IMG/VR virus record: IMGVR_UViG_3300046532_001353 | Span: 1-59,069 of that record | Length of the DNA stretch: 59,069 nucleotides | Strand: one strand, 5' to 3' | DNA from: a virus | Taxonomy: Duplodnaviria > Caudoviricetes | Shown here: piece after piece, positions 18,301 to 26,617 of the stretch | Numbering within the stretch: position 1 is the stretch's first letter | Layout of the letters: every line of letters begins with the position of its first letter | Made by a program: the position numbers and the translations under genes | The notes under the pieces: generated by a model | What the model was told of the DNA's origin: nothing | Databases searched by the model: none | Seen by the model: only the letters and a program-made list of their open reading frames with translations

Positions 18301-20577
18301 CTCCAACCTCAAGTAGGTACTGTATGGAATGATTGGTCAACTAACTGGACTGGAGAAAAGAGCTGGTCTAGATCAGGTAACTGGAATATCCAAACAGAAA
18401 AAGGTAATTCAAGACGTACAGGTATTCAACAAAGTATAACAGTACAAACATCTAGGTTTAGTTCAGGTGATCGTATAGTAGAAGTTAACTTTATACCATT
18501 CATGAGAACAAGATTAGTTTCTTTCACTGCTACACGCATGAAGCCTGCAACACAAGTATATGCATTCTTTGATGGTGTATCTATGGCTAACTTTGTTTCT
18601 ACTACGGCATCAACATATACACCTTTAGTTGGTATTAATAGTGTTACTGCTCATCCAGCAGGAGCTACTACATTAACAACTGATGCTAATGGTGCTGTGA
18701 CAGGTACATTCTTAATACCTAATAACAGTGCACTTAACTTTAAGACAGGTGAAAAAGAATTTAAACTAACTCAATCATCTGCTAATAATGATGAAATAAC
18801 AGAAACATCAGCTACAGCAATGTATAGTGCTTCTGGCTTACTCGAATCAAGGGAAAATGTTATTATTTCAACAAGAACCCCAGTTATTCAAAGATTGTCA
18901 GTAGAAGACACAAGGGTTGATAATAGAGAGACAGGAAGAACTAGGGTTAATTGGTGTGATCCATTAGCTCAATCAATATTACTTGACCAAGCTGCATTTG
19001 TTAGTGGAGTAGATCTTTACTTTACATCTAAAGATGCTGGCATACCAGTGAATGTGTCAATACGTGAAATGGTAAATGGATTCCCTACACAAAAGATTAT
19101 TCCATTCTCTGATGTAACGCTTAACCCAAGTGCTATTAGTACATCTACTGCAACAACATTCACATTCCCATCACCGGTATACTTACAAGATGGTGTTGAA
19201 TACGCAATTGTTATTATGTCTAATTCAAATAAGTATAACGTACGTTATGCTGAGATTGGTAAAGAAGATCAAAATGGTAATAGAATTTCACAACAGCCAT
19301 ATGCAGGTGTATTATTTAAGTCACAGAATGCTTCAACATGGACAGCTGATCAGAATAAAGACTTAACATTTGTATTGAAGAGATGTGTATTTGATATTTC
19401 TGCTACACGTACTGCGGTATTGAAAAACGCTGTGCTACCTTCACGTGCATTAGTAACAGACCCATTAACTACTGTGGCATCAGGTGCAAGTGCATCTAAT
19501 ATCTTTACAGTAGCTCATAGAGACCACGGAATGTCTGCAGCTGATACGGTAACGTTAACTGGCTTTGATGCAACTAACGGTTATAATTTCAGTACAGCAA
19601 CAACAACTGCTGGATCATTTGTAACTGGGACACAATATAAGATAGTAGCAACAGGAAATACTACTCAAGCACAATGGGAAACAGCAGGTGTACCATCAGG
19701 TACAACAGCGGCCGCTAACATTGTATTTACTGCAATTGCGAGTGGAGCAGGAACTGGAACAGCATATGCTCATGAGTTAAATAAGATACATACGATTACC
19801 GCAATAGCAAGAGACAGTTATACTATTACAGTTGCTGGATCAGGTCACATAGCTGCTATTACTGCTGGTAACGGCGGTGGCTCAGCATGTCAGGCAACTC
19901 AAGGATTAGAATGGAATACTGCACGTCCAGTTATTCAACAGATTGTATTACCTAATACAGCACAATCATGGACAGTTAAAGATACTGCGGTAGGTAATGG
20001 AACAACTATAGGATCTACGGCTGCAGCACTTCTTGCAAATGAGAACTATACTCCATTAACACCTAAAGTTATTAAGTCTGGTGCAACACCTACAATACAC
20101 CTTGATGGTTCATTTAGTTCAACAACTGATTACCTATCACCAGTGATTGACATGGAAAGATGCTCAATAATTACTATTGGTAATAGAATTGATAACAGTA
20201 CTGCGGTTGCTGAGACTGATCCTTCTAAAGGAACTAACTTAGCTAAGTATGTAACTAAAACAATTGAATTAAATGATAGTTCAGATGCACTTAAGATTTA
20301 TTTAGATATCAATAGGCCTAACGGGTCATTTGTTGATGTATATTATAAGATTGGTAACACGGCTGGAACATTTGATGCTGTATCATGGGTGGCAATGACA
20401 CCTGAAGGTAACAGTGGTCAAGTTAAATACTCAGATGGTACAACATATGAAGAGACAGCATATGAATCTACTGTCGCACCATTTTCAATATTTGCAATTA
20501 AGATTGTGATGAGATCTTCAGGTACAAGTGTTGTTCCTATGTGTCAAGATCTTAGAGCCATAGCGTTGAAGGTATAA
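15355..20577 (+). CDS. Large virion structural protein, VrlC/DUF4815-like
   Basis: NVEPYWDDF, RILFRPG.AVQARELTQLQ, LARRTFDESGNY, DFRP, NRRYTMRDIG, NVNPY, DPLAQS, LFKSQNASTWT, DLRAIAL. Confidence 0.85.
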   Translation: MAISFNVEPYWDDFESVAAGNTLSPKEQYQRILFRPGKAVQARELTQLQTQLQNQISSAGDHVFKDGSVVVPGTVHLHNKIDYVKLDSVHANNDTVAELVGTEFTDGTNIARVVHASLADGSDPITIFVKYISGTVFADNATITASGSKSAEVKASAATGFGSIVALEDGIYYIKKHFVVAKAKTIVLSKYTHNVSFDIGLLVTEAIVSPGEDASLNDNATGAPNASAPGAHRYSITATLSSQAVNATSGNFVLIARLEDGFITKNARTADYNHLADELARRTFDESGNYYVNPFKALVKDHASDTTKLTLGIEPSKAYVRGYEIQTLGTTNAHFDRARTSEKVTDKVTEITHNNYIEVTSLVGTPDITTFGPFDIENSSGNSIGTARARSIERVSGNGDTAATRYRIHIFDFTGTMVGAKTLDHVSSSAQTPGDPAGNGGTGSFTAIIADPNADAAIGPAATAYNIGPDTLIYALPYPRIKTCDSVVGGGTPDFNYRFETNRIIAATGIVNSGTAVFTTTVANEAFGTKSNNTNWIIINDTDATVGGEIVTVGNIAFNAGLTTATITGLTAQNGDTVRLIAPFIRTANHKTKTLSGNTAVAFNAGTDFTGTGQSLGKADVYEIVSVVENVSNTNVTTHFDLDNGQRDDFYDVGRVKLKTTSNYTAAAALDVTFKYFTHSTTGDFFTVDSYTGVIDYDKIPKVGNIELRSAVDFRPRIDDSGGNFTGSGALVAVAPTRFSQFETDIQYYLGRIDKVYLDSKGNFGFATGVPAVYPEPAEIPTDSMHLYTMTIPAYTLTADEVTLDFIDNRRYTMRDIGKIDKRVSQIEYYSVLSFLEAEAQNKQILDSNNDPRWKSGFLVDAFSNTRMSNSSSPEYRASVDLKNRILRPGFGQGNAALAYHASSTTTKTGDLVTLPYTTNTTASNMISQTQYSGQINVNPYDVFNWTGAMALTPGTDEWRDVDRRPEVVINNDGEFDAMKAALQPQVGTVWNDWSTNWTGEKSWSRSGNWNIQTEKGNSRRTGIQQSITVQTSRFSSGDRIVEVNFIPFMRTRLVSFTATRMKPATQVYAFFDGVSMANFVSTTASTYTPLVGINSVTAHPAGATTLTTDANGAVTGTFLIPNNSALNFKTGEKEFKLTQSSANNDEITETSATAMYSASGLLESRENVIISTRTPVIQRLSVEDTRVDNRETGRTRVNWCDPLAQSILLDQAAFVSGVDLYFTSKDAGIPVNVSIREMVNGFPTQKIIPFSDVTLNPSAISTSTATTFTFPSPVYLQDGVEYAIVIMSNSNKYNVRYAEIGKEDQNGNRISQQPYAGVLFKSQNASTWTADQNKDLTFVLKRCVFDISATRTAVLKNAVLPSRALVTDPLTTVASGASASNIFTVAHRDHGMSAADTVTLTGFDATNGYNFSTATTTAGSFVTGTQYKIVATGNTTQAQWETAGVPSGTTAAANIVFTAIASGAGTGTAYAHELNKIHTITAIARDSYTITVAGSGHIAAITAGNGGGSACQATQGLEWNTARPVIQQIVLPNTAQSWTVKDTAVGNGTTIGSTAAALLANENYTPLTPKVIKSGATPTIHLDGSFSSTTDYLSPVIDMERCSIITIGNRIDNSTAVAETDPSKGTNLAKYVTKTIELNDSSDALKIYLDINRPNGSFVDVYYKIGNTAGTFDAVSWVAMTPEGNSGQVKYSDGTTYEETAYESTVAPFSIFAIKIVMRSSGTSVVPMCQDLRAIALKV

Positions 20578-20771
20578 TGAAAATACCAGTTGAAGGACAT
20601 GCAGGCTTAGTAAGAGACACAAGATCAGGTGCTATTATAAATATGAGTAGCGGCGGACAAGAATATTCTGTAAATCGTGCAAGGATTACGGCAGATGCAG
20701 AAAGACTGAATAGAGTAGAACAAGATGTATCTGAAATTAAAGATATGCTTAAACAATTAATAGAGAGATAA
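20577..20771 (+). CDS. Small conserved T4-like phage protein
   Basis: VEGH..LVRD..SGAIIN followed by a short coiled coil; translationally coupled to its neighbours. Confidence 0.7.
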   Translation: MKIPVEGHAGLVRDTRSGAIINMSSGGQEYSVNRARITADAERLNRVEQDVSEIKDMLKQLIER

Positions 20772-20772
20772 T

Positions 20773-22029
20773 ATGGCAACAGTTAACGTAACAACAGCAA
20801 ATACCTTCGAACAATGGAGGGTAAAGACTAATGAGATTGGCACTGCAATAGGTAATACAGCCGAAGTAACTGTAAGTGATATTGGTGCTACATCCATTGT
20901 TGCTGCTCTTAAAGCACACCAAGGGATTGTTGTTGGTAGTGTAACAGTGGCTGGATCAACAATGACTGGCAATTTGGTCTTTAATGATAATGCGAAGGTT
21001 ATACTTGGTACATCATCAGACGGTTTAGAGATATACCACGATGGTACAAATTCATATATAGCAGACACAGGTACAGGTGATCTAAAAGTTACAGCAGCTC
21101 AAGTAGATTTTTCTGGTAATGTAGATGTTGATGGTACACTAGAAGCAGATGTAATAACAGTTAATGGTGCTACTCTTGACGAAACAATACAAGATTCTAT
21201 TGGCACTATGCTTAGTGGCAATACCGAAGAAGGTATTACTGTAACATACGATGATACGGATAACGAGATTGACTTTGCTTTATCAGCTACTCAAACAACA
21301 ATAACATCCCTTAAAAATGCTGCTTTAGTCATAGGTAGAGATGCTGATAACGATATAGATTTTGCAACTGATAACAATATCATATTTAGAGCTAATGGTG
21401 CAGATCAAATTAAATTAATAGATGGTGTATTACAGCCGATAACAGATAGTGATGTTGACTTAGGTACGACAGGTGTTAGATTTAAGGATGCCTTTGTAGA
21501 TACTATTACAGTGACAGGAGAAATTGATGGTGCAAGCTTAGATATTAGTGGTAATGCTGATATTGATGGAACATTAGAAGCAGATGCTATTACAGTAAAT
21601 GGTGTTGCTCTTACCTCTCATATACAAACACTTGTTGGTGCGATGGTGTCAAGTAATAGTGAATCAGGTATTGAAGTAGATTATCAACCTGGTGATGCAA
21701 CTATTGACTTTAATGTAAGTGACCCAACCATTACTTTGACCGGTGATATAACAGGCGCTGGTACAATAACGAACTTAAATTCAGTAAGTATTGTTACTAC
21801 ACGTGCAGCAGGAAGCACAAGCACTGATGACATAGCGGACAATGCAATAACTAATGCTAAGATGGCAGATAATGCTATTAATACAACAGAAATTCTTGAC
21901 GATGCAGTAACAACTGCAAAAATTATTAATGATGCAGTGTCAAGAGCAAAATTAAAAGACGAAGTAGTATTAACAATAACGAATTCAGCCGGGTCAGTCG
22001 TTAAGACAATGTACGGTGCAGGTTCATAA
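20773..22029 (+). CDS. Fibre-like virion protein
   Basis: N-terminal NTFEQWRVKTNEI, beta-rich acidic repeats, 10-residue IADNAITNAK repeats near the C-terminus. Confidence 0.65.
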   Translation: MATVNVTTANTFEQWRVKTNEIGTAIGNTAEVTVSDIGATSIVAALKAHQGIVVGSVTVAGSTMTGNLVFNDNAKVILGTSSDGLEIYHDGTNSYIADTGTGDLKVTAAQVDFSGNVDVDGTLEADVITVNGATLDETIQDSIGTMLSGNTEEGITVTYDDTDNEIDFALSATQTTITSLKNAALVIGRDADNDIDFATDNNIIFRANGADQIKLIDGVLQPITDSDVDLGTTGVRFKDAFVDTITVTGEIDGASLDISGNADIDGTLEADAITVNGVALTSHIQTLVGAMVSSNSESGIEVDYQPGDATIDFNVSDPTITLTGDITGAGTITNLNSVSIVTTRAAGSTSTDDIADNAITNAKMADNAINTTEILDDAVTTAKIINDAVSRAKLKDEVVLTITNSAGSVVKTMYGAGS

Positions 22030-22040
22030 AACAACGATAT

Positions 22041-22048
22041 TATAAATA
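22041..22048 (+). promoter_or_regulatory. T4-type late promoter
   Basis: TATAAATA followed by a GAGGA Shine-Dalgarno and the ATG at 22062. Confidence 0.8.
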
Positions 22049-22061
22049 GGTATAGAGGAAG

Positions 22062-22397
22062 ATGGCAGTATATTCAGATTTACAAGTAGATCAAGGAGCA
22101 GATTTTTCAGCTGAAGTCATAGTAGATGACTCAGATGGAACATTAGCAAATTTAACTGGTTATACAGTTGCGGGGCAGATAAGGAAAACTTATTCATCCA
22201 CAGCTAAGGTTGATTTTGTATGCACAGTGGTTGGGGCTACTACCGGAAAACTAAGAGTAGGATTGAGCAACACTCAGACAAATGCAATGAAGGCTGGGCG
22301 ATATGTATATGATGTAGAGATAACTCATACGAGTTCAGGAACAAAAACAAGAGTGATAGAAGGACAATTAACAGTTAATCCAGGGGTAACACAGTAA
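22062..22397 (+). CDS. Small conserved virion/fibre-attachment protein (Ig-like)
   Basis: VDQGADFS...NLTGYT..GQIRK.Y.S...GRYVYDVEI...TRVIEG..TV.PGVT, a family common in marine T4-like phages. Confidence 0.65.
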   Translation: MAVYSDLQVDQGADFSAEVIVDDSDGTLANLTGYTVAGQIRKTYSSTAKVDFVCTVVGATTGKLRVGLSNTQTNAMKAGRYVYDVEITHTSSGTKTRVIEGQLTVNPGVTQ

Positions 22398-22639
22398 TGG
22401 CATTACAAGGTAAGATTACAACAACAAGAAGCTTAAACGCGGCAAGTGCAACACAAAGAACAATTGAAGCCAAAAAATTACTACTTACATCGGGACAAGC
22501 TTTAGCTACATTGACAGATGTAGATGTAAGCCAGAGACAAGATGGTTCAGCGATCCTATGGGATGACGCTACATCAACATTTAAGGTATTACCTACGATT
22601 GAGAATTCAAACCTCAAAGTCATAGGTGGAAGTTTTTAA
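22397..22639 (+). CDS. Small fibre adaptor-like protein
   Basis: L..LTDVD....DGSAILWD fibre motif; ends IGGSF. Confidence 0.55.
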   Translation: MALQGKITTTRSLNAASATQRTIEAKKLLLTSGQALATLTDVDVSQRQDGSAILWDDATSTFKVLPTIENSNLKVIGGSF

Positions 22640-22674
22640 CACGCTTAGGCAAATAAATTTAATTAGGAGATAGT

Positions 22675-24834
22675 ATGTCAGGTACAGTAATTATAACCAA
22701 ATATAGTACGGCTACTGGCTCGCCGGCAACAAATGCCTTAGCGGTCGGTGAATTAGCCTACTCATTTAATTCGGATAGATTATTCATTGGTGAAACATCA
22801 GGTGCTGATGTAGTAGCGAAGGTAATAGGTGGTCAGTTATTCACTGATATGATGGACCACACAGCTGGTACGTTAACAGCCTCATCAGCCATTATAGTCG
22901 ATGCGAATTCAAAAATAGACCATTTAATAGTTGATAACTTAGATTTTAATCTAAATCATATTACATCAACAAATACCAATGGTAATATTAACATTACGCC
23001 AAATGGTTCAGGTAGTGTAGTAATTGATGGGCTAAATTATCCACAAGCGGATGGTTCAGCATCACAATTTTTACAAACAGATGGTTCAGGTAACTTATCA
23101 TTTGCCACAGTAATCAGCTCATTCACAGTTGCAGCCGAATCAGGCACAGCTGATGTAGTTAATACAGGCGAAACACTAACCTTTGCAGCTGGCGCAGGTA
23201 TTGATACCGTTGTATCAGCCAATACAATCACAATTTCAGGTGAAGATGCTACAACAACAAACAAAGGTGTTGCAAACTTCAATTCAGGCCACTTTGCGGT
23301 ATCATCAGGTGAAGTAACAATAGCAGCTGACGGTATTGATAATACACTAATTGATTTTGGTTCAGGCTCTGGTCAAGTTGATACAGATGATGTACCTGAA
23401 GGCTCAACAAACTTATTCTATACAGACGAAAGAGTTGATGATAGAGTTAATGGATTATTTGTTGCAGGCGAAGGCATTGATCTTACCTATAATGATGGTG
23501 CAGGTACATTTACCATTGATGGTGAAGATGCAACCACTTCTAATAAGGGTGTAGCTTCATTTGCTACTGCTGACTTTGCAGTATCATCTGGTGCAGTAAC
23601 CATTAAAGCGGCTGGTGTAAGTAATACACAGTTAGTTAATGATGGTATAACCATTGGTAGTGATGATACAAGCCTTGGCGGTACAATTACAGATCTTAAC
23701 GGAATTACTTCCCTCGATGTTGATAATATCACCATTGACGGTAATACAATATCAACAACGGATTCGAATGGCAATTTAGACCTTGCACCGAATGGATCAG
23801 GTACAGTAACAGTACCTTCTAACTATGCTGGAAGAGCTGGATTTACTTCAGATTCCCTTGTAAACAAAACATATGTTGACTCAGTAGCGAATGGATTAGA
23901 TGTTAAAGCATCGGTAAGAGTAGCTACAACAGCCAACCTTGCCTCAGCATATAACAATGCAGCTGGTACATTAACAGGCTCAAGCAATGGAGCAATTGCA
24001 ATTGACGGTATATCTGACCTAGTAGTAGGTAACAGAATTCTTGTTAAGAATCAGTCAACAGCAGCTCAAAACGGTTTTTATAAGGTCACAACAGTAGGTA
24101 ATGGGTCCACTGCGTTTGTAATAACAAGGACACCAGATGCTGATGCAGCCTCTGAATTAACAGCTGGAGCATTTACATTTGCTGAAGAAGGTACATTAAA
24201 TGGAGACAATGGTTATGTAATGAGCACTAACGGTGCGGTTACATTAGGCACAACAGCAATAACCTTTGAGCAATTCTCTGGAGCTGGTCAGATCAGTGCT
24301 GGCGATGGTCTCACAAAGAATGGTAACACGATTGATGCAGTCGGTACAGCGGATAAGATCACTGTTTCTGCGGATGCAATCACCATTGCTTCTACATATA
24401 TTGGCCAAACATCCCTAACAACCTTAGGTACTATAACGGCAGGTACATGGACAGCAACTGATGTTGCAGTAGCTCATGGTGGTACAGGTGCTTCTACAGC
24501 CTTAGCTGCAAGAACAAACTTAGGTGTTGGCGAAGGTGATTCACCAATGCTTACAGCGGTTAACGTTGGACATGCTTCTGATTCTACCTTAGCAAGAGCC
24601 TCAGCAGGTGATCTATCTATTGAAGGTAACATTATATATAGAGCAGCAGGCACTGATGTACCGATAACAGATGGTGGTACAGGTGTATCTTCTCATACAG
24701 GTAATGCTTACTGGGTTAGCAATGCTGCTGGCACGGCACTATCTTACATTACAGGTACGCAATATCAGCACCTTGGATTCACTTCAGGCGGAGTCCCTCA
24801 AGCATCAAGTACTATCGATGGCGGCACCTTCTAG
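22675..24834 (+). CDS. Fibre protein
   Basis: N-terminal LAVGELAYSF, KTYVDSVANGLDVKASVRVATTANL domain, AHGGTG repeats, ends IDGGTF. Confidence 0.75.
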   Translation: MSGTVIITKYSTATGSPATNALAVGELAYSFNSDRLFIGETSGADVVAKVIGGQLFTDMMDHTAGTLTASSAIIVDANSKIDHLIVDNLDFNLNHITSTNTNGNINITPNGSGSVVIDGLNYPQADGSASQFLQTDGSGNLSFATVISSFTVAAESGTADVVNTGETLTFAAGAGIDTVVSANTITISGEDATTTNKGVANFNSGHFAVSSGEVTIAADGIDNTLIDFGSGSGQVDTDDVPEGSTNLFYTDERVDDRVNGLFVAGEGIDLTYNDGAGTFTIDGEDATTSNKGVASFATADFAVSSGAVTIKAAGVSNTQLVNDGITIGSDDTSLGGTITDLNGITSLDVDNITIDGNTISTTDSNGNLDLAPNGSGTVTVPSNYAGRAGFTSDSLVNKTYVDSVANGLDVKASVRVATTANLASAYNNAAGTLTGSSNGAIAIDGISDLVVGNRILVKNQSTAAQNGFYKVTTVGNGSTAFVITRTPDADAASELTAGAFTFAEEGTLNGDNGYVMSTNGAVTLGTTAITFEQFSGAGQISAGDGLTKNGNTIDAVGTADKITVSADAITIASTYIGQTSLTTLGTITAGTWTATDVAVAHGGTGASTALAARTNLGVGEGDSPMLTAVNVGHASDSTLARASAGDLSIEGNIIYRAAGTDVPITDGGTGVSSHTGNAYWVSNAAGTALSYITGTQYQHLGFTSGGVPQASSTIDGGTF

Positions 24835-24853
24835 TTCATTACATTATCTTTAG

Positions 24854-24877
24854 AGAGCCTCTTCATTGAGGCTTTTT
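24854..24877 (+). terminator. Rho-independent terminator
   Basis: AGAGCCTC-ttcatt-GAGGCTTTTT, about 20 nt after the fibre gene stop. Confidence 0.8.
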
Positions 24878-25539
24878 AATGCATGTCATTCAGATGAGCC
24901 GTCCGCACAACCACTTGACAGATTTAGTACACGTTCGCCTACATATCCATAACTATATAGATAACATACAGAAAAGCATACATATACACCATATCTTTCA
25001 TCCACTTATCCCTATAGATCTATATAGAATAGACCTATAATACATACCTACAGGTCGGTACATGCAGGTTATTAGTACATCGGAGGTGACAGTATGCTAT
25101 TGTTTGATACATCCTGCACTCATTACTAAGGAGGGTACAAAACAGTGCTGTGTTCGTCAGACTCATCCATTCAACTGACTCTACTCTCACTGATTGACTC
25201 AATGGCCTCAGAACTATTATCCTGATCGCCACAACAGCTTAGACTCAATCGCAATACTTATCCAATAGATCCTTATAGACCACAGAAGAGACCTGTAGAC
25301 ACCGCCTCAGCGTTTAATACAGAAGGGATATAGATCTATACGGTGTTTATATAGTATAAAGCAATAGATCTATAGAGGAATACAACTGGACACGAGGCAA
25401 ACGGTATAGCTTTAAGGCATACTGTATACCTCTGAGGCTCAGCGCCTTATATATAAAAATGAAAAAAAAAAATAGGGGATCACTAGAACGCAGCGGTACA
25501 CACTCATGTTCACACACGCACACAGGCTTTTCTAAACCT
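24878..25539. other. Long non-coding region with repeated TAGATCTA palindromes
   Basis: No convincing ORF. TATAGATCTATA at 25013-25024 and 25329-25340, ATAGATCTATA at 25364-25374, degenerate copies near 25029 and 25264, A11 run at 25462-25472. Confidence 0.7.
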
Positions 25540-25785
25540 TTATTTACCGATGTGTTTAATGTTCTCCTTTGATATAACTTGGTATGCTCCCTTGTTATAG
25601 GCAGGTGCCACCGTATAACCCGCGGATATATCTATCTTCTCCTGTCTATACTGCATGCTTTCGGTCGCTTCTCCTTGCCGAAAACTGGTTACACTCGGTA
25701 TATCCTCGGTAGTTCTTACGGTTGGCCACGGTGTTTTACCTGCTTTACCGAGTTGTGTATTGCTTTTACTATGATAGTTCCACAT
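25540..25785 (-). CDS. Small conserved hypothetical phage protein
   Basis: AAGGA SD before the ATG; the C-terminal TVAPAYNKGAYQVI...IKHIG motif recalls a small protein family of T4-like phages; upstream sigma70-like promoter. Confidence 0.75.
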   Translation of the reverse strand: MWNYHSKSNTQLGKAGKTPWPTVRTTEDIPSVTSFRQGEATESMQYRQEKIDISAGYTVAPAYNKGAYQVISKENIKHIGK

Positions 25786-25817
25786 GTTATATCCTTATTA
25801 TAATTATATACTAGTAT

Positions 25818-25846
25818 ATTATACCATAGTTTCCACCAAATGTACA
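25818..25846 (-). promoter_or_regulatory. Sigma70-type early promoter
   Basis: Minus strand TGTACA-N17-TATAAT with an extended -10 (TGGTATAAT) and AT-rich upstream sequence. Confidence 0.7.
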
Positions 25847-25971
25847 GGCTTATTTCACCTTTATGCGGAAAAAAAATCGCGTACTTTATCCAGTCGAGGG
25901 TCGCGGTTTTAATCATTATATATAATACTGTATGGAATGATCTATACTAACACACACACGGAGATAATACA

Positions 25972-26226
25972 ATGGCAAATAAGAATGCTTACGAGTTAAG
26001 AACTGATATACTGGCAATGGCTCAGTCATCGGTAATGGATAAATTCAATAATGAGTTTGGAGTATGGGACAATTCGGTAGAACGAGTACATGAAACTGGA
26101 CAGGTTTTACCAGGCAATACTGCACCACCTATCTATCCAACAACAGCAGATATACTTAAGACGGCAAATGAACTCTATACATTTGTTGAAGCTGGTGATG
26201 GAACAAAGGATTGGCGTAAGAGTTAA
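25972..26226 (+). CDS. Small conserved hypothetical phage protein
   Basis: GGAGA SD preceded by a CA repeat; NAYELR.DIL.MA ... YPT..DI...A.ELY.FV pattern. Confidence 0.75.
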   Translation: MANKNAYELRTDILAMAQSSVMDKFNNEFGVWDNSVERVHETGQVLPGNTAPPIYPTTADILKTANELYTFVEAGDGTKDWRKS

Positions 26227-26272
26227 TTGATGAGATCACTTGCATATAGTATTATTTGGTAATTACAACTAT

Positions 26273-26280
26273 TATAAATA
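26273..26280 (+). promoter_or_regulatory. T4-type late promoter
   Basis: TATAAATA upstream of the second fibre operon. Confidence 0.8.
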
Positions 26281-26332
26281 AAGGTAACAGTGGCTATATA
26301 GTCACTTATACAATTAGATAAAGAGCATAGAT

Positions 26333-26614
26333 ATGGCTGGTACGATAGTAAAAATCAAGCAGAGCTCGGTAGTAGGTAAAGCACCTAGTGCGAGTGATCT
26401 TCAACAAGGCGAATTAGCACTCAATACCGCCGATGTCAAACTATACTCAAAGAACGGTGATGGAGATATCATCACATTAGCAGCAGGTGCTGTAGCAGCT
26501 ACTCCATTGACTATTGATATGGGTGATGTTAACAGATTAATTCATATAGATGCAGGTGATTCAGACGATGTTTCATTTGTAACTCATGGTGCATACGACG
26601 GCGGGGGAGCTTAA
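26333..26614 (+). CDS. Small fibre adaptor protein
   Basis: IKQSSVVGKAP..SDLQQGELALNTADVKLY fibre N-terminal motif; C-terminal IDMGD, IDAGD, YDGGG. Confidence 0.65.
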   Translation: MAGTIVKIKQSSVVGKAPSASDLQQGELALNTADVKLYSKNGDGDIITLAAGAVAATPLTIDMGDVNRLIHIDAGDSDDVSFVTHGAYDGGGA

Positions 26615-26617
26615 AAC

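Noticed and set aside
25035-25232. 65-aa minus-strand ORF in the non-coding island; also 25579..25803 and 25716..25916
   Set aside because: No SD, atypical composition, and overlap with repeats, the promoter or the better-supported 81-aa gene.
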